Shown here piece by piece: positions 16,626 through 24,699 of a stretch of 64,000 nt of DNA (position 1 is the stretch's first letter; each line of letters begins with the position of its first letter). Origin of the DNA: Prochlorococcus sp. AG-432-D11 (lineage in GTDB: Bacteria; Cyanobacteriota; Cyanobacteriia; PCC-6307; Cyanobiaceae); assembly GCA_003212885.1 (NCBI GenBank), contig QCOP01000002.1, positions 278 to 64,277 of the forward strand. Direction: 5' to 3'. The translations under genes were made by a program, and so were the position numbers. The notes beneath the pieces were generated by a model. That model saw only the letters and a program-made list of their open reading frames with translations. It did not search any database and had not been told where the DNA came from.

Positions 16626-17141
16626 TTAGACATGATAAGCTCTGTCTATACATAGTAGATACTCTATTGATCGTTGCATTGAAATGTTAGCCCAAATACA
16701 AAAAACAAAATAGATAGCAAAGTAGGGAGGCCACAATATTAGACCCACAATACTAAATGATAAAAGAAATATACAAGATGAAAAAACCACAAAAAACAAA
16801 TTAAACATTAGAATAATCATTGGAAGATCCTTTATAGGAGGAGTCAAGTTGTCTCTTCTTTTATTCGAACTTCCTTTCGTTTTCCTAGTATAATAAGCAG
16901 CCCGATCCGGTATTATGAAATCAAATAAAATAAAAGCAAGACCACAAGTAAAGAATGATATGAAAACTGCTATAAATGGGTTGCATATTTGCGAATCTTC
17001 ATCAACTGCATTGAGAACTTCTATCCATTTGTACAACAAATAGTAACCATATAAACCACATGTAAGCCAAGTAAAAAAAACTATCTCCAAGGTACTAATG
17101 TACCTAAAATTTTTGATTATTTTGGAGTTTTCGATTTCCAT
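16626..17141 (-). CDS. Membrane protein, possibly DUF4234-like
   Basis: It has four TM segments. FTWLTCGLYGYYLLYKW resembles the DUF4234 signature (..T.GiY..yW.yk). Confidence 0.4.
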   Translation of the reverse strand: MEIENSKIIKNFRYISTLEIVFFTWLTCGLYGYYLLYKWIEVLNAVDEDSQICNPFIAVFISFFTCGLAFILFDFIIPDRAAYYTRKTKGSSNKRRDNLTPPIKDLPMIILMFNLFFVVFSSCIFLLSFSIVGLILWPPYFAIYFVFCIWANISMQRSIEYLLCIDRAYHV

Positions 17142-17485
17142 TGGAAGACGTTACTTATGTCATGCTGTACATTTATATAATAAACTAATGATCATGATTT
17201 TTGAATAAAATATTTTTTATTTATATTCGCATCTTCGATCTGTGCATATATTATATTTTAGAATATTTATTTTGACATTCTATCTTCTGCTTTGTAATTA
17301 TTTTAGATATAAATCTAATTAATAAATGCTTCCATAGTTTTTAACTAGCAGGTTAATTGATGCCCTTTCAAGTATTTAGATGTTTTAGACTTTTCAAGTC
17401 TCTTTAAATGTCTAATTTCTATTAGGATTGAATTTGTTATATTTGCGAGAGCTTGCTAGACTAAATTTTAATTTAAAAGATCTAT

Positions 17486-17779
17486 ATGGATATAGCATCT
17501 CTCGTCTTGCTCTTATTTGCCTCATTACTATATTTACTTCATGGTATTAGTAGTGTAGTGTGTGAGTATTTTGATTTTTGTCTACCATTCTCTTTATTCG
17601 TAAGTATTTTATTTATACAAGTTGTTTTTTACTTTATGTCTTCTTGTAGTTCATTAATTAATTGTTTTACTAATAGGAATTCAGGTAAATTGTATAAGTT
17701 TCTTTTATTATCAGTTTCTTCAGGAATGTTTCTAGCTAGTTTGAGTTGGCTGATTGCATGGTTTCAAAAGTTCCAATAA
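17486..17779 (+). CDS. Small membrane protein (hypothetical)
   Basis: This 97-aa ORF has three hydrophobic segments. I recognised no family. Confidence 0.35.
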   Translation: MDIASLVLLLFASLLYLLHGISSVVCEYFDFCLPFSLFVSILFIQVVFYFMSSCSSLINCFTNRNSGKLYKFLLLSVSSGMFLASLSWLIAWFQKFQ

Positions 17780-18127
17780 ACTATATTTTAGTTTTCAAGA
17801 ATAATTTATTTAATTAATTGCATTTATTAATTCTAAGAGATTATCGCATTAATTTTTTGTTGATACTTTTATGGATTTAATATAAGAATAGTTAGTCCAT
17901 TTTTATTTTTAGCAATTATTCTTCTTATCTCTATAGGTAGAGCGCTCTTTTCAGTTAATACTTAACAAGTTATTCTCTTGGGATTATATATTAATATATA
18001 GTTATTAGTATTGTACTCAAGTTTTATTTGGCATAGTATAAATTACTTTATATTATGCCATCATATTACTTTTTATGGTAGATTCTTTTCTTATACCTAT
18101 AATTTTAGATATCATTTAAATCTTCTT

Positions 18128-18715
18128 ATGTCGCAATCAATAATTCTTAATAGGGCTTGGTCGGACTATAAAAAACACTGGTCCATGACTCTTGTATTTG
18201 CCATTCTTGCATTACCATTCTGTTCTGGTTTCTTTTTCTTCCCAATTCTGGTTGTTTTGATTGGTTATGTTCCATGTATTTTTTATAAAACACAGAAGGT
18301 TGTTACCCCTAAGGATATCGGATCATTTCTGGGTGATAACTTTTTGAGAATTATAATTGCTGGAATATGTCAAACTATAGCTATTGCTATTGGTACTTTA
18401 CTTTGCTTTATTCCAGGAATATTGGTTTCTCTTTCTACACCTTTAGTGCTTTCGAGAATTGTAAATACTGACAAATCAGGTTTTGAATGTGTCAAGTTAG
18501 GAATTCAAGAAGTGTTTACAGGACTTGGATCTAAAAAAATATTGCTATTTATTATGAATCAATTTATCATTGGACTAGTGCTTACTTTATCTATAACATG
18601 CACTTTTGGTCTAGGTGGCATTGTAGCTCTCCCTGTGGCTCAGTTTTATCTCTATGGATATATGAAAAATAATAATCTTGGGAATGATGCAATAAATCTT
18701 CTTCCTTCTCTTTAG
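18128..18715 (+). CDS. Polytopic membrane protein (hypothetical)
   Basis: I preferred the ATG at 18128 (MSQSIILNRAW..). The upstream part of the ORF-track call is low-complexity AT-rich sequence. Confidence 0.45.
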   Translation: MSQSIILNRAWSDYKKHWSMTLVFAILALPFCSGFFFFPILVVLIGYVPCIFYKTQKVVTPKDIGSFLGDNFLRIIIAGICQTIAIAIGTLLCFIPGILVSLSTPLVLSRIVNTDKSGFECVKLGIQEVFTGLGSKKILLFIMNQFIIGLVLTLSITCTFGLGGIVALPVAQFYLYGYMKNNNLGNDAINLLPSL

Positions 18716-19311
18716 GTAATAACTTTTTCTTCGTTCGCCCCATTCCTTTTGTGGTTTCGCAATTTGACTATCAATCTTTTACCCAATATTAATAGTATAA
18801 CTATCAATATTAATGATATTAAAGGTAGGAGAATTGCAGTTAAAGTTAGTATTATAGACACTATATCTTCTGCAATGGCAATAATAGGATTGCCAAGTCC
18901 TCCTGTAGTTGCAGTTGATAAGCCACGCAATAAGACTGATGAAGTTTGAACTGTACCAGTTAGCCCAACCCCTGAAATCAAAGCAAGTATCCATTGTAAT
19001 CCCGGATAGATTCCATCAAGTGAAGCACATGTGAGGATTGTGCCAGCTGTTATAGCAGCTGGTGTAGAAATAATATCTAGTAAATTATCTAGCCAGGGTA
19101 TGAAATATCCGCAAACTTCAAATAATGCAGCTGCAGCAAATAAGCCAATAGCCCAATCTGATGAAAACCATTGCCAGGATTCGCCAAGTGTTATTAAGTC
19201 TGCTCTTGTAAAAATACCCAGAAATAGTGGTGGCAGAAAGGCACGAAAACCGCATGCAGCCGAAAGCCCTAAGCCAAGGGAAATTGAGGTAATTGGGGTA
19301 AATAGATCCAT
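18712..19311 (-). CDS. DUF4126-like membrane protein
   Basis: MDLFTPITSISLGLGLSAACGFRAFLPPLFLGIF and the overall TM layout resemble DUF4126. Four other ORF-track calls overlap this locus on both strands and are shadows. Confidence 0.5.
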   Translation of the reverse strand: MDLFTPITSISLGLGLSAACGFRAFLPPLFLGIFTRADLITLGESWQWFSSDWAIGLFAAAALFEVCGYFIPWLDNLLDIISTPAAITAGTILTCASLDGIYPGLQWILALISGVGLTGTVQTSSVLLRGLSTATTGGLGNPIIAIAEDIVSIILTLTAILLPLISLILIVILLILGKRLIVKLRNHKRNGANEEKVIT

Positions 19312-19555
19312 ATAAAACGCTATTAGTTTGATTAATCTTAGATAAGTTTTTAATCATTGATTAAAAAGTATACACTTGGTTAAAGTATATGAGTTACTTG
19401 CTTATGAATAAAAACTTTCAAAATACTTAGTAAGTTGTCCTTGATTGTTCAGAGATTCTTAATCTTTATACTAGATTCAATGAAACTTTTTCCCGCTAAA
19501 TTATCTAATAAAGCAAAAGCTTTTTTAGATAATTACTTTATTCAATTCTAAATTA

Positions 19556-19978
19556 GTGTCTTATTTTTTCTCAACTCTAAGTCAAAGAATTAATTTGACA
19601 AAAAAAAAGAAATTTATTCCATTAGCTCTGATTGGATATCTTTCTTTGAAAAAGTATTTAAATTGGTTGCCAGGCTTGAGTTGCCCTTTGCGGCATGCAA
19701 CTGGTGTACCATGCCCAACTTGCTTTCTTACTCGATCAGTATCAGCAAGTTTAACCGGTAATTTAGGTGAAGCATTGGAATATCACTTATTTGGTCCACC
19801 TATTGCAGTTTTTTTAGTTTGGTGGATGTTCTATACTCTTAAAACTAAAAAATTAATTCCATCTAGATTAAATGTATTATATATTTCTATATTCATAGCT
19901 ATGATTTTTATTTATTGGATAGTTAGACTTGTATTAAATATATTTTTTCAAGTCCCCTCATTCCCACTGGAAATTTAA
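19556..19978 (+). CDS. DUF2752-like membrane protein
   Basis: CPLRHATGVPCPTCFLTRS matches the DUF2752 CP...tG.pCP.Cg.tR motif. TM segments follow it. Confidence 0.55.
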   Translation: MSYFFSTLSQRINLTKKKKFIPLALIGYLSLKKYLNWLPGLSCPLRHATGVPCPTCFLTRSVSASLTGNLGEALEYHLFGPPIAVFLVWWMFYTLKTKKLIPSRLNVLYISIFIAMIFIYWIVRLVLNIFFQVPSFPLEI

Positions 19979-20055
19979 TTTTCACCCTAATTATTGTATT
20001 TAAATTGTTTTTTGTGTGAATTTATACTTCAGCAGACTAGAATTAATAGGAGATA

Positions 20056-21009
20056 TTATTCATTTAGGCATGACCTTAAATATTTTGTCCATTTCATGTG
20101 ACCCTTCTTAGAAAGATGAACACGGTCAACATAATCAGTTGGCGAATAATCCTCTTTTATAAAATAGTAAAGATTGCAGGTGCTCAAGACATTTGGGTTT
20201 TCTTCAAGAGTAATAAGATAATCATCATATAATTTTATATTAGAAAGATTCTTTTTGCTTTTTTCAAACCATACTTTTGGAGGGGTTAAAACAACATCAA
20301 CCTTGAATTTTGAAGATCTAATGTAATTATTTAGATCATTCCATGCTATTTCAATAGTTCTCGCTTCTATTTTTTGATCTGTGGGATTGACTTGTTTTTC
20401 TTCAGGAGTCTCCGTTCTTAAACCTAAAAGTATATATCTCAAAAAAACATAATTAAATAATTCATTTATTGCTTTAGGCTGCTTTGGTGGTGATGTCCAG
20501 TATGGTAGGCCTCTTAGTTGAGATAAGTTTCTTAAATCGTCTCCAGGCAGAATAATTAGAATGAATTTTGATGGTATACGGTCAGAATAGAGAGAGAAAT
20601 TAGCAATAAATCTTCCCATGTTATCCGTTCCCCATCCATTTACTCCTGAATTTAAGCAAACTAATTTTCTATTCTTTGAACAATAGGCAATAGAAAATAA
20701 TTCAGTATCATCTATATATGAACCACCGTAAGTTACACTATCTCCAACAAAAATAATAATTTTAGCATTTGGATCTTGTTTCTTATTAGGGTCGAAACGA
20801 AAACCTTCAAAGTCTGTATTTACAGCTGTATTTTTTAATCTTACTTTGCTTTGGTTTGGCCTTAACCTGTAACCAATTAGCTTATCTTCTTTATATAGTA
20901 ATGGATTACCTAGTCCTATTGTCCTTCCAGTAAATTCTAAAACCAGCGTTCCAAATAATATAGATATTGATAAAAGAACGATATTAGTAATTAATTTTTT
21001 TAAATTCAT
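20056..21009 (-). CDS. Membrane-anchored SGNH/GDSL-like hydrolase or acyl-modifying enzyme
   Basis: It has an N-terminal TM segment. Block I is IIIFVGDSVTYGG, block III is ILPGDDLRN and block V is DRVHLSKKGH. It is a paralog of 22846..24141. Confidence 0.6.
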   Translation of the reverse strand: MNLKKLITNIVLLSISILFGTLVLEFTGRTIGLGNPLLYKEDKLIGYRLRPNQSKVRLKNTAVNTDFEGFRFDPNKKQDPNAKIIIFVGDSVTYGGSYIDDTELFSIAYCSKNRKLVCLNSGVNGWGTDNMGRFIANFSLYSDRIPSKFILIILPGDDLRNLSQLRGLPYWTSPPKQPKAINELFNYVFLRYILLGLRTETPEEKQVNPTDQKIEARTIEIAWNDLNNYIRSSKFKVDVVLTPPKVWFEKSKKNLSNIKLYDDYLITLEENPNVLSTCNLYYFIKEDYSPTDYVDRVHLSKKGHMKWTKYLRSCLNE

Positions 21010-21369
21010 TTCTAAATCTTGGAGATACTTTTTAAGTTATCATAAGAATGGTTTAACCACTATGTATTCTAAAAAGTAAAAGAATAATGCCCTATTTAAT
21101 ATAGGTTGTGAATTTGTTGCATGGTACCTTTTTTAATCGTTTAAATCTAGATCTTTAATATTAGTAAGCATTGGTAACTGGTGGTATAGAAAAGTTTGTA
21201 TATATGATTTTTCACTCAAAAGCTTTTCCGTGACTTTTTCTATAATAACAAAATTATAGGGGACTTCCTAATTTAATCCTCTCTTCAATATCTATGTATA
21301 AAAACTCAGTTGGCAAAATCATGAATTTTGAATTATATTTTTAGAATATATAGTGATTAAATTTATTCT

Positions 21370-22254
21370 ATGAAAAAAATAAATGTATTCCTAGCTACCT
21401 TTATTGCTTTGATGCCACTAGGACGTCCCCTTTTTCTTATAACTGGAGCTTCTCTGACAGCTTCTGCTGTAGTGTTGACTTCACCTGACAAAGCTTATGC
21501 AGATAGAGATTTTTATTTCTTTTATAATCGTGCCGTTACTAAGTATAATTTAGAAGATTATTCTGGAGCAATTTCTGATTATAATAGAGCAATAAAGATT
21601 AATCCAAAGGATGCAGATGCTTATTACAATCGTGGCAGTGCTAAGTATAATTTAGAAGATTATTCAGGATCGATATCTGATTATAGTAAAGCAATTGAGA
21701 TTAACACAAAGTATGCAGATGCTTATTACAATCGTGGCCTTTCTCAATATAAGTTAGAGGATTATTTAGGATCGATATCTGATTTTAGTAAAGCAATTGA
21801 GATTAACACAAAGTATGCAGATGCTTATTATAATCGTGGCCTTGCAAAGAGTTTTTTAGAAGACTATGAGGGAGCTATATCTGATTATAGTAAAGCAATT
21901 GAGATTAATCCAAATGATGAAATGAGTTATATTAACCGTGGTATTTCGAAGGATAGCTTAGAAGATTATTCTGGAGCTATATCTGATTACAGTAAAGCAA
22001 TTGATATTAATCCGAATGATGATATAAGTTATTACAACAGAGGTATATCGAAGGATAACTTAGAAGACTATGAGGGAGCTATATCTGATTATAGTAAAGC
22101 AATTGAGATTAATCCAAATGATGGTGATTATTTCCTGAATAGAGGAATTGCGAGGGAGTTAGTTACTGATCTTAATGGTGCTTGTTCTGACTGGAGATCT
22201 GCTGAATCATTTGGGAATGCAGATGCGGCTATATGGGTAAGAAATCAATGCTGA
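21370..22254 (+). CDS. Secreted TPR-repeat protein (7 units), paralog of 14225..14698
   Basis: The leader is similar (MKKINVFLATFIALMPLGRPL..). The TPR units read DYSGAISDYSKAIEINPxDxxxYYNRG, and the tail matches (GACSDWRSAESFGNADAAIWVRNQC). Adjacent 102-bp units are nearly identical. Confidence 0.8.
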   Translation: MKKINVFLATFIALMPLGRPLFLITGASLTASAVVLTSPDKAYADRDFYFFYNRAVTKYNLEDYSGAISDYNRAIKINPKDADAYYNRGSAKYNLEDYSGSISDYSKAIEINTKYADAYYNRGLSQYKLEDYLGSISDFSKAIEINTKYADAYYNRGLAKSFLEDYEGAISDYSKAIEINPNDEMSYINRGISKDSLEDYSGAISDYSKAIDINPNDDISYYNRGISKDNLEDYEGAISDYSKAIEINPNDGDYFLNRGIARELVTDLNGACSDWRSAESFGNADAAIWVRNQC

Positions 22255-22290
22255 AATTTTTGAGAAACTTCAATTTGTAATGATCACCAA

Positions 22291-22488
22291 CTATTTAATT
22301 TCCTTATGAATAGTCATTCTATTCAGTTGAGGACAAAACTTTTTTAATTCTAACCTTTCAGTTGTATTTCTTCGGTTTTTTTCAGTTGTATACCTTGATA
22401 CTCCTGGCGAGCGCTTTTCAGAAGGACTAGCAGTACGACACTCAGTGCATTCTAAGGTTACAACTATCCTTGTGCCTTTTTTGGCCAT
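22291..22488 (-). CDS. rpmG: 50S ribosomal protein L33
   Basis: [19 protein letters not shown]...[35 protein letters not shown] is full-length L33. The start is set at the internal ATG (22488). Confidence 0.9.
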   Translation of the reverse strand: MAKKGTRIVVTLECTECRTASPSEKRSPGVSRYTTEKNRRNTTERLELKKFCPQLNRMTIHKEIK

Positions 22489-22845
22489 AATTTTTATATA
22501 TTCCGCTAAAGGAAATATTGATATGTTCATCCATACTACAGCTTTATTGGTTAATTGTGTCCATTGATGTTTTTCTTTCGACTATATCGTAGATTTGGTG
22601 AGATTTCAGCCTATCAAATGAGATTTTGACTTGATAGTGGCTTGAAGGGCTTGTAGATGGTTTGCAGTGAATCCGCTCCCTTTTTCAGAGGTCTTAAAAC
22701 TAAAGAAAACTCTCTGGACTTAATTAAGTTCTGTTCTGAATTTTAAGAAGTAAAGTAAGAACATCTTCTATGATAGTTTGATTTTGACTATTTACGAGAA
22801 ATTAGTATTTGTATTTAGCCTTCATTAGATGTCTTTGAATTATAT

Positions 22846-24141
22846 TTATTTGAACTTACTTTCTAAACTATCAAAGATAAGCTCGCCTACTTTTTGATAG
22901 CCTGAGTCAGAGAAATGACCATTTATATGATCCTTAGCACTAAAAGTGGAATCTATATCTTTATCTAGATCGTAAAAAGAAAATCCGTTTTCATTGGCTA
23001 TTTCTTTTAGAAGGTTTCTTTGTAATTCATTTGAATAGGAGTATTTCTTTTTATCAATATAGGGCTTGGAATTGAATCCACCAAAGCCCAAATATATAAG
23101 TGTAACGTCTGCTCCCCATTTTTCAGATTCAGTCCTAAGTTCTTTCATTACTTGCTTGGCAGCTATTTTCATTAAGTCAAGTTCTTTCTTAGGAAGAGTT
23201 CTCGTTAAAATTTCTTCTCTAGTAATTACTTTGTTTTTTTTATTAATAACTTGATAATTTAAAATTTGTGATTGTATAGTCCTAATAAGATTAATAGATC
23301 TTGGGAAATTTAGATTTGCAAAGGTTTTTAGCTTTTCTTTGTAAGTGGCCTTTTTTGAATTAATTGAGCTTAATGAGTTGCTTTCAGGCTGAATTAATTG
23401 AAAATATGACATTACATTTTCATCAGCTATTGCTTTGTTTTTTGCTAATACAAGTTGTTGATTAAAATCATATTTAATATAGTTTACTAAAGGAGATTGA
23501 ATTTCGTCTTGAAGATTCCTTAAATCGTTTCCAACCCAAAACCAAAATATATGTTTTGGTTTGTACTTTCTAGCATATTCTTTTAGGTAGGCAAGTTCTA
23601 GCAAGGGGCCAGCGCCTCCTTGTGCAAAAGAAACTATATTGTTTTGATTCTTACTTATTTTGGTGAGAATATTTCTTATAGTGTATTCATTTGTACAAGC
23701 ACCTTGTACGTATGAGTCTCCTATTAGAGCAATATCTATTGTTTTTGATTCGTATACATTGTCAGGGTTATTGAATCCATAGCGATCACTTATATAGTTT
23801 GAAAGATACCCTTGTTCGTTGCAGAAGTAAGTTTTTCGGTTTGAGATTCCATTTATTGGAAAGATTTTTTCATTTAAATTGGTTACATTTGTTCCATAGT
23901 CTGGGTAAAAAGATACGACATACTCGTCAAGAAAACGTTTGTCTTTGATTGCTTCATTGATTCTTTTAAAATCACTTTTTATAAAATGTCTATTTGATTT
24001 ATCGTGTTTCTTGCTAAAGAAATCATATGTAATAAATGTCAGGCATATTATTGAAATAAAAGATAACAAAAAGATTATATTATAATAAATAATTTTTGTT
24101 AGAGTATTTTCTTTATTTAGATTTCCTTTATTAGCTTGCAT
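22846..24141 (-). CDS. Membrane-anchored SGNH-like protein, last gene of the carbamoyltransferase operon
   Basis: The start at 24141 (MQANKGN..) overlaps the stop of the upstream 53-aa gene as TAATG. It has a TM segment. Block I is IALIGDSYVQG, block III is WFWVGNDLRNL, and HINGHFSDSGY lies near the C-terminus. Confidence 0.6.
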   Translation of the reverse strand: MQANKGNLNKENTLTKIIYYNIIFLLSFISIICLTFITYDFFSKKHDKSNRHFIKSDFKRINEAIKDKRFLDEYVVSFYPDYGTNVTNLNEKIFPINGISNRKTYFCNEQGYLSNYISDRYGFNNPDNVYESKTIDIALIGDSYVQGACTNEYTIRNILTKISKNQNNIVSFAQGGAGPLLELAYLKEYARKYKPKHIFWFWVGNDLRNLQDEIQSPLVNYIKYDFNQQLVLAKNKAIADENVMSYFQLIQPESNSLSSINSKKATYKEKLKTFANLNFPRSINLIRTIQSQILNYQVINKKNKVITREEILTRTLPKKELDLMKIAAKQVMKELRTESEKWGADVTLIYLGFGGFNSKPYIDKKKYSYSNELQRNLLKEIANENGFSFYDLDKDIDSTFSAKDHINGHFSDSGYQKVGELIFDSLESKFK

Positions 24142-24302
24142 TAAAAAATTGTATATATAAATGGGGCAATAACTGAACCTTGTGTAAATACAATTAAGGT
24201 TCCCATTAATACGATAGTTAAAATTAGAGGAGCTAACCAATACTTTTTGCGAACTTTTAGAAAGTCCCAAATGTCTTGAATTAAATCTAGAAAAGCATCC
24301 AT
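24141..24302 (-). CDS. DUF5989 (SxtK-like) 53-aa membrane protein, missing from the ORF track
   Basis: My own translation of the minus strand gives MDAFLDLIQDIWDFLKVRKKYWLAPLILTIVLMGTLIVFTQGSVIAPFIYTIF. This is the pattern of the small proteins that accompany carbamoyltransferase/SxtJ pairs. Confidence 0.65.
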   Translation of the reverse strand: MDAFLDLIQDIWDFLKVRKKYWLAPLILTIVLMGTLIVFTQGSVIAPFIYTIF

Positions 24303-24304
24303 AA

Positions 24305-24697
24305 CTAAAAAATCCTAGTTAAATCAGTGGGAGGAGTATCTTTGATTTCACGATAGGTCAATGTGTTCATTTTCTTTTTTCGTAGTGGATCATAACCACA
24401 TAATTTCATAATCAGAGCTATAGGTTGCAATACTAATAGAAAAACCAGTCCTAAGATTATTCTGCTATTAATAAAGCCAAGGATATGTCCTAGCCTCATC
24501 CATCCTATATAGGGGTAATAAAGAATTTTTGGAAAGGCAATGCTTGAGATTAGACAAGGCAGCCCTATAAATAAAGTCCAGCTTCTAAAGCTATGCCCAC
24601 TTATTAAAGGAAGAAGAAATCCTATTATTAGTGGGAAGCCAATTCCAATAATCAAGCCAAATTCACGAAGCTGTTTTTCAGAGTGTGCTTGTTTCAT
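24305..24697 (-). CDS. SxtJ-like membrane protein
   Basis: This 130-aa protein has 3-4 TM segments. It lies immediately downstream of the carbamoyltransferase (2-nt gap) and upstream of the DUF5989-like ORF. Confidence 0.55.
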   Translation of the reverse strand: MKQAHSEKQLREFGLIIGIGFPLIIGFLLPLISGHSFRSWTLFIGLPCLISSIAFPKILYYPYIGWMRLGHILGFINSRIILGLVFLLVLQPIALIMKLCGYDPLRKKKMNTLTYREIKDTPPTDLTRIF

Positions 24698-24699
24698 AA

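Noticed and set aside
18749-19357. Four overlapping ORFs (18749..18949 +, 18779..18994 -, 19031..19315 +, 19118..19357 -)
   Set aside because: All lie within or against the 199-aa DUF4126-like membrane gene. That gene is the longest ORF and the only one with coherent TM architecture.
22640-22700. Possible tRNA 3'-end remnant (gtgaatccgctccc) that might mark another island boundary
   Set aside because: No T-stem pairing can be formed, and the match to the tRNA-Ser end is too short and gapped.
22846-24270. ORF-track N-terminal extension of the SGNH gene (24142..24270)
   Set aside because: That stretch is better explained by the DUF5989-like 53-aa gene in another frame. The SGNH gene then starts at 24141 with a TAATG coupling.
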